Origin: a bacterium | Lineage (GTDB): Bacteria; Zhuqueibacterota; Zhuqueibacteria; Oceanimicrobiales; Oceanimicrobiaceae | Length of the DNA: 21,135 bases | Direction: 5' to 3' | NCBI GenBank assembly: GCA_037446635.1 | Contig: JBBIIG010000065.1 | Span: 1 to 21,135 of the forward strand | Shown here: positions 7,570 through 15,652 of the stretch, piece by piece | Position numbering within the stretch: the stretch's first letter is position 1 | Layout of the letters: each line of letters opens with the position of its first letter | Made by a program: the position numbers and the translations under genes | Notes under the pieces: model-generated | What the model saw: only the letters and a program-made list of their open reading frames with translations | Told to the model about the DNA's origin: nothing | The model's database searches: none

Positions 7570-10299
7570 ATGATAAGCGAACGACGAATTACTATAGCGT
7601 TGATTTTGCTTCTGGCCTCCACTGCATTTGCTCAAAACGCTCGCATCTCCGGGATTGTAACCGACGCCAAAACCGGGGCGCTGCTTCCCGGCGCGAACAT
7701 CCTGATTAAATCCCCAAACCTGATCACCGGTACCGCCAGCCGCAGCGACGGCGAGTTTGAAATCTCGAATTTGCCGGCCGAAAATTACACCGTCATCGTC
7801 ACCTACATCGGTTACGAAAAAAAGATTATCGAAAATGTTTATGTCAGCGACGACCAACCGAAATGGCTGAACCTCTCCCTCACCCCGACGGGCATCGAAC
7901 TCAATCCGATCACGGTCACTGCCTCGCGGCGCCCGGAAAAACTTTTGGAGGCGCCGGCCGCGGTGACCGTGCTGGAAAGCCAAACCATTCAAACGCGCAC
8001 CGCCATCACCGCGACGGAGCATTTGAAGTCCCTCCCGGCCGTGGATATCATCACCAGCGGTTTAAATCAATCACGAGTGGTGATTCGCGGCTTCAACGAT
8101 CTGTTTTCGGGAACGCTGCTGTCGATGGTGGACAACCGCATCACCCGCATCCCGGCGGTGCATCTCAACGCCTTTCAAATGATTCCCACCAGCAACGACG
8201 ATGTTGATCGTATCGAAATTTTATCCGGACCGGCTTCCGCGCTCTACGGCCCAAACGCAGCCAACGGCGTGGTGCATGTTTTAACTAAATCGCCGTTTGA
8301 TTCGAAGGGCACCTCCGTGAGCGTGGGCGGCGGCGAACGCCACGTAATCATCGGCAACGCTCGCCACGCCGGGACGATCAACGAGATGATCGGCTACAAA
8401 TTTTCCGTGCAGCACTACCGCGGCGACGACTTTGAATCTTTCGATGCGTTTGAACAGACGCGGCGTCAGGAAGAAATTAACAACGGCGCCGATCCGGATA
8501 CGCTGCGCATCGGCGCACGAATTTTCGATATCAAAAGCACCAATGTTGACGGCCGGGTGGATTTTCGTTTTTCGCCCGATCTGACTTTCATTTTGAGCGG
8601 CGGCGTCAATCGCGGCGACAACATCGAGATCACCAACCAGGGCGCGGCGCAGGCTCTCAACGCTGGCTTCAAATATATTCAGGGACGGCTGCGCTACAAA
8701 AACCTGTTCGTGCAATCATACATGAACAAAATCACCACCGGCGATACCTATTTTCTGCGCACCGGACAGAAGATCATCAACAATTCCAGCTTAACGGTGT
8801 TTCAGGCCCAGCACAGCCTTGGTTTCGGCGAGCGCCAACATTTTACTTATGGCGTGGACGTGCTGCTCACCCGTCCCGAAAGCGAGGGCACGGTCAACGG
8901 TCGCAACGAAGATCATGACAACGTGGACGAATATGGATTCTATTTGCAATCGGAAACCGCCTTTTCGGAAAAATTGAAGCTGGTCGCCGCGGCCCGGCTG
9001 GATGAGCACAACCGACTCGCCGGCGTCAATTTTTCGCCGCGCGCCGCGCTGGTCTTCAAACCGACGCCCACCGACAATTTCCGTTTCACATTCAACAGGG
9101 CGTTCAGCACCCCCAGCTCCGACATGCTGTTTGCCGATAATTTAGGCGGCACGCAATCCACCGCCTCCATCGATCCGCTGCTGGTGCCCTTCCTCGGCGA
9201 AACGTTTCTCAATGTGCGCGCGCTGGGTACTTGGCCCTCGGGATTCAATTTTCGCTACGGGGCGGACAACCGCCCGCAGATGATCACCCCCTTTGGCGCG
9301 TATCTGGCGAGCACGGGCAGAATTCCGAGTGCCAATTCCTACCTCCCGCCAGATGTCAATCCCATTTGGCCGGCGCTACGGGATTTGATCATCGCCAATG
9401 CACCGGAGGCGATTCGTCCGCAATTGGAACAAATCCTCCCGCCCGAACTGAGCCGGCCGGTGCCGGGCGTGTTCAAAGTTTTGAATACGGAGACCGGCGG
9501 CTTCGACGCCATCGATCCGTCTTTCATTCAGGATTTTTCATCCCTCAAGGAAACACAAACCACTACGTATGAAATTGGCTACAAAGGGCTGCTGAAGAAT
9601 CGCTGGTTGGCAAGTGTGGATGTATATCATTCTCGAATCAAAGATTTTATCGGGCCGCTGCGGGTGATTACGCCCAGCGTGTTCATTGACACCGATGCTT
9701 TTATTCCGGCTCTGGCCGCCGATATCGCCGCGCGTAACAACATCTCCCAGCAAGAGGCCGAGGAGTTTGTGAGAAATTTTTTGATGGCGGAGCAATTCGG
9801 GCAATTGCCCATCGGGGTGGTTTCGCCGCTGGAAGTGCAAAACGGTACGGATATTATTTTGACCAACCGCAACCTCGGCGACGTTTCGGTCACCGGCTTT
9901 GACGTCAGCCTGACGTATCATTTCAACCAGCGCTGGAATCTCACGGGGAATTACTCGTTCGTCCACCGCGATTTCTTTATCAGCAGCACCGGCGATTCTA
10001 TCGCGCTCAATGCGCCCAAACACAAGGTGGGTGCGATTCTCAATTACAACACCGCTGGCTTCAACAGCAGCTTGCGGCTGCGCTTTGTGGACAGCTTTCC
10101 CGCCAACTCCGGAATCTATGTTGGCGAAGTAGAACGGTACGCCGTGTTGGACCTCAACGCCAGCTACATGCTGCCGTTTTCCAACAATACGCGAGTAACG
10201 TTGACCGTACAAAATCTCACCAACAACCGCCACCGGGAATTTGTTGGCGTGCCGGAGATTGGCCGGCTGGCGTGGCTGCGATTGACACAAACGCTGTGA
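7570..10299 (+). CDS. TonB-dependent outer-membrane receptor with N-terminal carboxypeptidase-regulatory-like domain
   Basis: Signal peptide (..STAFA-Q); ISGIVTDAKTGALLPGANI..YTVIVTYIGY domain; TonB-box-like ITVTASR; plug motif IEILSGPASALYGPNAANGVV; barrel motifs FSPRAALVF, YEIGYKG and VQNLTN. Confidence 0.95.
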   Translation: MISERRITIALILLLASTAFAQNARISGIVTDAKTGALLPGANILIKSPNLITGTASRSDGEFEISNLPAENYTVIVTYIGYEKKIIENVYVSDDQPKWLNLSLTPTGIELNPITVTASRRPEKLLEAPAAVTVLESQTIQTRTAITATEHLKSLPAVDIITSGLNQSRVVIRGFNDLFSGTLLSMVDNRITRIPAVHLNAFQMIPTSNDDVDRIEILSGPASALYGPNAANGVVHVLTKSPFDSKGTSVSVGGGERHVIIGNARHAGTINEMIGYKFSVQHYRGDDFESFDAFEQTRRQEEINNGADPDTLRIGARIFDIKSTNVDGRVDFRFSPDLTFILSGGVNRGDNIEITNQGAAQALNAGFKYIQGRLRYKNLFVQSYMNKITTGDTYFLRTGQKIINNSSLTVFQAQHSLGFGERQHFTYGVDVLLTRPESEGTVNGRNEDHDNVDEYGFYLQSETAFSEKLKLVAAARLDEHNRLAGVNFSPRAALVFKPTPTDNFRFTFNRAFSTPSSDMLFADNLGGTQSTASIDPLLVPFLGETFLNVRALGTWPSGFNFRYGADNRPQMITPFGAYLASTGRIPSANSYLPPDVNPIWPALRDLIIANAPEAIRPQLEQILPPELSRPVPGVFKVLNTETGGFDAIDPSFIQDFSSLKETQTTTYEIGYKGLLKNRWLASVDVYHSRIKDFIGPLRVITPSVFIDTDAFIPALAADIAARNNISQQEAEEFVRNFLMAEQFGQLPIGVVSPLEVQNGTDIILTNRNLGDVSVTGFDVSLTYHFNQRWNLTGNYSFVHRDFFISSTGDSIALNAPKHKVGAILNYNTAGFNSSLRLRFVDSFPANSGIYVGEVERYAVLDLNASYMLPFSNNTRVTLTVQNLTNNRHREFVGVPEIGRLAWLRLTQTL

Positions 10300-10309
10300 C
10301 ACAACATTT

Positions 10310-10339
10310 CGTAGGGGCGTATCGCGATACGCCCCTACG
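10310..10339. repeat. Perfect 30-bp palindrome, REP-like (GTAG-type)
   Basis: cgtaggggcgtatcg|cgatacgcccctacg is its own reverse complement; 10 nt after the receptor stop; no U-tract directly after it. Confidence 0.8.
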
Positions 10340-10410
10340 CCCTCAATTTAAATTTTTGACGATAAACGAAACTGAACATACAACGAGCAACAACACGGCT
10401 ATTTTCCCCG

Positions 10411-13149
10411 ATCAAAAATCTCATTAGCCGTTTAATCCAGCGCCTGTGCGAACTTCCCACCTCCAACCCGTGGACGACGATCCTGATTGCCGCGGCGCTC
10501 GCGGCCCTCGGAGGCTACGCCTATTTTTTCAAAATCAAAATCGTCACCGACCGCAGCGCGCTCGTCAACCAAAAGCTCAGCGCCAATCAAGCCTTCCAGC
10601 GCTACCGCCAGGAATTTGGCAGTGAAGATTATCTGGCGCTGGTTCTGCGCGCCGTGAACGACGATTCCAGCAGCGGGCTGCCGGCGCTTCCCAATCGCGT
10701 CCAGCGCCAGCAAATGAAATTCGCTGCGGAAGAATGGGCCGCCAAATTGAGGGCGCGCCGCGATCTCTTCCCAAAAGTTTATGACCGCATCGATTGGCCG
10801 CAGACCGGTGGGCAGGCGCTGCTCTATCTGCCGCTGGCGGATTTGCAGAACATCTCGCAAGCGGCGCAAACGCGCTCGACCGCTTTGCGCGAGTGGGCGG
10901 CGTCGCCAACATTGGAATCGTTTTTTGCGCGGCTTAATCAATTCACCCAATCCGATCAAATTGCCGCCAACCCGCAAGCGGCCGCGGCTTTCCTGAACGC
11001 CCTCGAACAGATGTTCTTATGGATGCGCGAGCAACTGCAGCCAACCGACGGCGTCGCCAACGGCGCCGATCGACGTCAAAAAAATTTTCTTGACTTGCTC
11101 AGCGTCAACGGCTTCGACGCCGAAGGATTTTTCTTTTCCAACGACGGCCGTCTGCTGACGATTTTCGCCAGCGTCACCCGCGACCCCGATCAACAAAATC
11201 AATATGCCGACGCAATAACATACGCGCAGCAAGCGCTGCAGGAAGCGCTCGCGCACTTGCCCAATCCCACCATCGCAGGCGGTTTGGCAGGCCTGCCGGC
11301 GTTGGAATACGAAGAACTCACCACCACCCGGCGCGACTTCGCCCGCAGCACTGCCATCGCATTAATTCTGGTGACTGTGCTTTGCATGTGGGGCTTCCGC
11401 AGCGTCGCGCGGCCGGCGCTGGCCGGCGTCTGCCTCGCGCTGGCCATTGCCATCACCTTCAATTTTGTCTGGCTGGCCATTGGCCACTTGAATTTGCTGG
11501 CGATGGTGTTCACGGTGATTTTAGTGTCCATCGGCATCGACTTCGCCATTCACTTTGTGACGCACTATGAATCCGCCCTGAGCCGCGGCTGGCCGCCGGC
11601 GCAAGCCATCGCCCAGACCTATCGCGCCATCAGCAGCCCATTGTGGATGGGCGGCATGACCAGCGGCGCCGCCTTCTTCTCGGCTTACTTCACGGAGTTC
11701 GCCGGGCTGTCGGAATTGGGATTCATTGCCGGAGTGGGATTGCTCATCTGCTTTCTGTGCATGTTCCTCATCTACCCGGCCATGCTTTTTCTTTTGGATA
11801 GTCGCTTTCCAAAACCTCTGAAACGCCGCCCGGATATTTCGGAAAAAATTTTGAGCCGCGAAATTTTTGACGCCAAACGGCCGGGATTGACCAAAACTAT
11901 TTTCGCCGCTGCGATTAGTTTAATTTTACTGGGGTACCTCTTCGGGCAGTATCATTTTGACACCAACTTGCTGAACCTGCAAGCGGAAGAAGGCGAGATC
12001 AATCGCTGGCAGCGCCTGCTGCTGGAGGTGGATGACCGTACCACGTTCGCGATCAGCACTTACCCCGATCGCGAATCGCTGGAACGGGTGCGGGCGCAAT
12101 TCGATGCGCGTCCGGATCTGATTCGCCGCACCGAGGCGCTTTTTCCCAATCACGAAATCGAAAAACGCGCGGCGCTGGCGGCAGCGCACGAGTCGCTGGT
12201 GCACGCGCAGTTTCTCCCACCCGGCGAAATTTCGCTGTTCAATATCAAACGCGAAATCTGGAGTTTTCGCCAGAGCATTCGTCGGTTCCGCGCCGCGAAT
12301 GCCGAAGCCAAAATCGCGCTGACAGATCTTGAACGCGAAGTTGACAGCTTTTATCGGACTCTTTCCCAATTCGATGAAACCACCGCAAAAGAAAAATTGC
12401 AGCCGATTCAGCAGCGCGTTTATGATCACGCCCGCTCGGCGCACGGTAAACTTCTGACGGCGCTCAACCCGCCGCCATTTGAGGTCGCCAAAACTCCGGA
12501 GATGATGCGCGAGCGTTTTTTGGGAAGCGCCGGCGCGCTGGCGCTCATCGTTTATCCGGCTAAAAATACCTGGGAGCGGGACAACCTGGATGAATTCGTG
12601 GAGCAGGCGCGGCTCATCGAGCCGAACCTTTTCGGCGAAATTGTGGCGCTGTACGAAAATGGCCGCTCGCTCATTCGCAGCTTTCTATTTGCCGCCTCCT
12701 ATTCGTTGATCATCATTTTTGTGATGATCTTGATCTGGGCGCGCTCAGTCCGCGCGACGCTGCTGGCGATGCTGCCGCTGCTGGCCAGCGCCGGCTTGCT
12801 GCTGGGTTTTATGAAATGGGGATGGCGACCGCTGCCCTGGAATTTCGCCAACTTTTTCGGACTGCCCATTTTAATCGGAATTGGGGTGGACAGCGGCATT
12901 CACCTGGTGCACGCCTGGAACAGCCGCCGGGTGCGCACGTTGTTTTCGGCGGGCAAAGCGGTGCTGTTCAGCTCCGCCACCACGCTCATCGGATTTGGAA
13001 TTTTATCCACCAGCGATCACCTTGGCGTCGGTTCGTTGGGATACGTTCTATTTTGGGGAATTTTTTTCTGCCTGATGACCTCACTAACGTTGCTGCCGCT
13101 GGCGCTCAAACTTTTCATAAAACCGGACTTCAAAGATGAACCTCTATAA
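10411..13149 (+). CDS. MMPL/RND-family lipid transporter (HpnN/BstA-like); true start uncertain, upstream of the track's GTG at 10654
   Basis: Two membrane repeats with TM4 VSIGIDFAIHF and TM10 IGIGVDSGIHLV, plus GHLNLLAMVF, FAGLSELGFIAG and WNFANFFGLP. The frame is open from 10366 and encodes TM1 (PWTTILIAAALAALGGYAYF) and FQRYRQEFGSED before 10654. Confidence 0.9.
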   Translation: MKNLISRLIQRLCELPTSNPWTTILIAAALAALGGYAYFFKIKIVTDRSALVNQKLSANQAFQRYRQEFGSEDYLALVLRAVNDDSSSGLPALPNRVQRQQMKFAAEEWAAKLRARRDLFPKVYDRIDWPQTGGQALLYLPLADLQNISQAAQTRSTALREWAASPTLESFFARLNQFTQSDQIAANPQAAAAFLNALEQMFLWMREQLQPTDGVANGADRRQKNFLDLLSVNGFDAEGFFFSNDGRLLTIFASVTRDPDQQNQYADAITYAQQALQEALAHLPNPTIAGGLAGLPALEYEELTTTRRDFARSTAIALILVTVLCMWGFRSVARPALAGVCLALAIAITFNFVWLAIGHLNLLAMVFTVILVSIGIDFAIHFVTHYESALSRGWPPAQAIAQTYRAISSPLWMGGMTSGAAFFSAYFTEFAGLSELGFIAGVGLLICFLCMFLIYPAMLFLLDSRFPKPLKRRPDISEKILSREIFDAKRPGLTKTIFAAAISLILLGYLFGQYHFDTNLLNLQAEEGEINRWQRLLLEVDDRTTFAISTYPDRESLERVRAQFDARPDLIRRTEALFPNHEIEKRAALAAAHESLVHAQFLPPGEISLFNIKREIWSFRQSIRRFRAANAEAKIALTDLEREVDSFYRTLSQFDETTAKEKLQPIQQRVYDHARSAHGKLLTALNPPPFEVAKTPEMMRERFLGSAGALALIVYPAKNTWERDNLDEFVEQARLIEPNLFGEIVALYENGRSLIRSFLFAASYSLIIIFVMILIWARSVRATLLAMLPLLASAGLLLGFMKWGWRPLPWNFANFFGLPILIGIGVDSGIHLVHAWNSRRVRTLFSAGKAVLFSSATTLIGFGILSTSDHLGVGSLGYVLFWGIFFCLMTSLTLLPLALKLFIKPDFKDEPL

Positions 13150-14020
13150 GCGACTCATTTTTGCTTTACTCTTCGCATCAAACGGCTGGGCGCAGAATGC
13201 CTCGCCTTTGAATTTCTTAATTCTTAAACCGGGCGATCCGGGCGCGACCACCGAACTGGCGAGCGAGTATTTGACAACCATCACCAATTATTTCACAACT
13301 CACACTCCCTATTTGCGCGGCAAGAGCTTGCGCGGCTGGATCGCCAATCACCCGGATTCCGCGCTGGCAATTATAAAGCAGCATCCAGCGGTGATGGCCT
13401 ACGTGCCCGCCGGATTCTATTTCAAGCATCTGCTCCATTCCGGGCCGGCTGTCGCGCCGGTGGCGCAGGCGCCGCGTTTCGGCAAACATGTCGAGCGCTA
13501 CTACATCGTGGCCGCGAAATCAGGCCCGTCATCATTGAAGGAGCTTAAGGGGAAGATTATCCGCACGTCATTTGGAATCGATTGGGATTATTTGCGCAAA
13601 GTGGTTTTTCCCGCGGCGTTTCAACCCGGCGCGCAGTTCAAATTGCAGGAATCTCAGAATCTCGCCGACGATCTTTTTCTGCTGATCGAAGGCGCGGAAA
13701 GAAAGCCAGCCGCGCCGGCCGCCCTCCTGCTCGATGAAGAACTCAAACATTTTTTTGAAGTGGACGATCTGGTCTGGCCGCAATTAAAGATAACCTGGAC
13801 GTCCACCGACCTGCCGCGGGATCTGTTCGTGGTCATCGGCGACGATTGGAGCGCGTCCCACCAAAGGGACTTACTCGAATCCCTGCAGCAGATGAGCCGC
13901 GATCCAAAAGGCAAAGAGCTGCTCGAACTCATGCAATCCAGCGGTTTCACGCCGGTTGATTTTGAACTCCTGAATCGCACGAAAGAAAAATACTTTTCAA
14001 CCCCGAAAGCAGCCCGCTGA
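13136..14020 (+). CDS. Periplasmic substrate-binding protein, PhnD/phosphonate-binding-like fold (BstB-like)
   Basis: Sec signal (..SNGWA-Q); YYIVAAKSGPSSLKELKGK, WTSTDLPRDLFVV and MSRDPKGKELLELMQSSGFTPVD are typical of PhnD-like proteins; overlaps the MMPL gene by 14 nt. Confidence 0.78.
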   Translation: MNLYKRLIFALLFASNGWAQNASPLNFLILKPGDPGATTELASEYLTTITNYFTTHTPYLRGKSLRGWIANHPDSALAIIKQHPAVMAYVPAGFYFKHLLHSGPAVAPVAQAPRFGKHVERYYIVAAKSGPSSLKELKGKIIRTSFGIDWDYLRKVVFPAAFQPGAQFKLQESQNLADDLFLLIEGAERKPAAPAALLLDEELKHFFEVDDLVWPQLKITWTSTDLPRDLFVVIGDDWSASHQRDLLESLQQMSRDPKGKELLELMQSSGFTPVDFELLNRTKEKYFSTPKAAR

Positions 14021-14826
14021 TGTGTGCCGCGTTTCAGTTACGAAATTTAATTCTGCTTGCAGTGCTGTTTGTTATTGGATGCAGCGCCAAACATCTTTCG
14101 TCCTCTCGGCCACCGAATCACCTTAAAGCACAAGCACTAATGGCCCGCGCCGATTCGCTGTTCAACGTCGTTCCGAAAAATTACGACAACGTGGCGCAGT
14201 CGTACCTGCTTGCAAAACAAGCCTGCGATTTAATTTCGGACAAAAGTTTCCTGAAATATCAAGCGCTTTCCCGCGCCGCGTTTTACGCCATCTGGCTGGC
14301 GCTGAATGATCGCGAGCGCCGCGACCTTCTCGGCCATTCCAGCGACGCCATTCATTTATCCAGCGAAGCCATTCGGCTAAAACAAGATGGCGTGGAAGGC
14401 TATTATTTTCGCGCCATCGCCACGGGCTTGTTTGCGGAACAAAATAAAGCAGCCGGCCGAGCGGCGATGAACGAAATTCGCGCCGACGGCGAGCGCGCCG
14501 CCGCCATCGATCCAAATTTTGATCGCGCCGGCCCCCACCGCTTGCTGGGTGCGCTCTATTTGCGCGCGCCGGGCCCGCCGGTGGGCATCGGCAGTTTGCG
14601 CCGAGCCATTGAACATTTGGAAAAGGCGCTTGAGCTGGCACCGGACTACCCGGAGAATTTGATATTTTTAGCGGAGGCCTATCTCAAATCCAACCGAAGT
14701 GAAGAAGCTAGTGAGTTGATCTTGCGAGCGCAGAAATCTCTTTCCGCCACGGGCAATTTAATGGATCAACAAAAATGGCAGAAGCAAATCGATGAATTAA
14801 ATGCGCATTTGATCTCACCGCCGTAA
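14020..14826 (+). CDS. TPR-type lipoprotein, TRAP T-component (TatT)/BstC-like
   Basis: Lipobox LFVIG-C; helical repeats VEGYYFRAIATG and IDPNFDRAGPHRLLGALYLRAPGPPVGIGSLRRAIEHLEKALELAPDYPENLIFLAEAY; TGATG stop-start coupling to the upstream gene. Confidence 0.8.
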   Translation: MCAAFQLRNLILLAVLFVIGCSAKHLSSSRPPNHLKAQALMARADSLFNVVPKNYDNVAQSYLLAKQACDLISDKSFLKYQALSRAAFYAIWLALNDRERRDLLGHSSDAIHLSSEAIRLKQDGVEGYYFRAIATGLFAEQNKAAGRAAMNEIRADGERAAAIDPNFDRAGPHRLLGALYLRAPGPPVGIGSLRRAIEHLEKALELAPDYPENLIFLAEAYLKSNRSEEASELILRAQKSLSATGNLMDQQKWQKQIDELNAHLISPP

Positions 14827-14846
14827 ACTTGTCGCTAAATGTTTTG

Positions 14847-14874
14847 TTGACATTTTCTAAAATTTGCCTAAATT
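14847..14874 (+). promoter_or_regulatory. Sigma70-type promoter of the coiled-coil gene pair
   Basis: TTGACA (14847-14852), 16-nt spacer, TAAATT (14869-14874); SD AGGAGG before ATG 14899. Confidence 0.55.
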
Positions 14875-14898
14875 GCTGAAAAAGAACAGGAGGCTGAT

Positions 14899-15207
14899 AT
14901 GCCGGTGGTGGCCGTGGGGAAACCCTTGCGCGAAAAATTAGGCGATGACGGTACGGATTCGCTGGTGCAATTTATCAACGAGGCGATGGCCGAGCAAAAA
15001 AACGACATTCTAACGTTTGTCGAAGAAAAGTTTGAGCGCAGGTTGTCGGAAAAAATCAGCGAATTAAAAACTGAAATCGCCGAGACCAAAGCAGAGTTAA
15101 AAACTGAAATCGCTAACACCCGCGCAGAATTAATCAAATGGATGTTCATTTTCTGGGTGGGGCAATTGGGAATGATGTTGGGAATTCTGTTCGCTTTTTT
15201 CAAATAA
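14899..15207 (+). CDS. Small C-terminally membrane-anchored coiled-coil protein (DUF1640/CCDC90-like, LA_3696-like), copy 1
   Basis: Head PLREKLGDDGTDSLV, neck EEKFERRL, 11-residue repeats LKTEIAETKAE/LKTEIANTRAE and anchor LIKWMFIFWVGQLGMMLGILFAFFK. Confidence 0.85.
   Translation: MPVVAVGKPLREKLGDDGTDSLVQFINEAMAEQKNDILTFVEEKFERRLSEKISELKTEIAETKAELKTEIANTRAELIKWMFIFWVGQLGMMLGILFAFFK
15061..15126 (+). repeat. 33-bp imperfect tandem repeat (2 units) encoding hendecad coiled coil
   Basis: gaattaaaaactgaaatcgccgagaccaaagca / gagttaaaaactgaaatcgctaacacccgcgca. Confidence 0.75.
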
Positions 15208-15237
15208 CTTTGAGTTTGAAATAACGAGGAGGCTTCT

Positions 15238-15613
15238 ATGCCGGTGGTGGCCGTTGGGAAAACCCTTACGCGAAAAATTAGGCGATGACGGCGCCGATTC
15301 GTTGGTGCAGTTTATGAATGCGGCGATGGCTGAACAAAGGAACAACATCATCGAATTTGTCGAAGAAAAATTCGAGCGCAGGTTGTCGGAAGCAATCGGT
15401 GGAGTAGAGGTCAAAATCGGTAACACAGAAGCAAGTCTAAAAACTGAAATCGCCGAAACCAAAGTGGAATTGATTACGCTCATTTCACAAACAAAAGCCG
15501 AACTCACGACCGATATCGCCAACACCCGTTCCGAGTTAATCAAGTGGATGTTCATTTTCTGGGTGGGGCAATTGGGGATGATCATCGGAATTTTATTCGC
15601 TTTCTTCAAATAA
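15238..15613 (+). pseudogene. Tandem paralog (copy 2) of the coiled-coil protein, with a +1 frameshift at codon 8-9; may be expressed from TTG 15254
   Basis: SD GAGGAGG and ATG CCG GTG GTG GCC match copy 1, but GGG-AAAA-CCC replaces GGG-AAA-CCC. The ATG frame stops at 15286-15288; the homologous body is in the 15254..15613 frame. Confidence 0.7.
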
Positions 15614-15652
15614 CTCCAAAAAGTCACTTCCAATTTTTCGGAGGAGGAGCCA

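Noticed and set aside
10356..10384. Internal promoter TTGACG-17-TACAAC ahead of the MMPL gene
   Set aside because: The -10 lacks the conserved final T; too weak to call from sequence alone.
13136..14020. Phosphonate ABC transporter (phnD)
   Set aside because: No ABC ATPase or permease nearby; the gene is coupled to an MMPL transporter and a TPR lipoprotein.
14899..15613. CRISPR array or DGR template/variable repeat pair suggested by the duplicated sequence
   Set aside because: The repeats are coding paralogs and coiled-coil units; no spacers, no adenine-specific mismatch pattern, and no reverse transcriptase or cas gene in the window.
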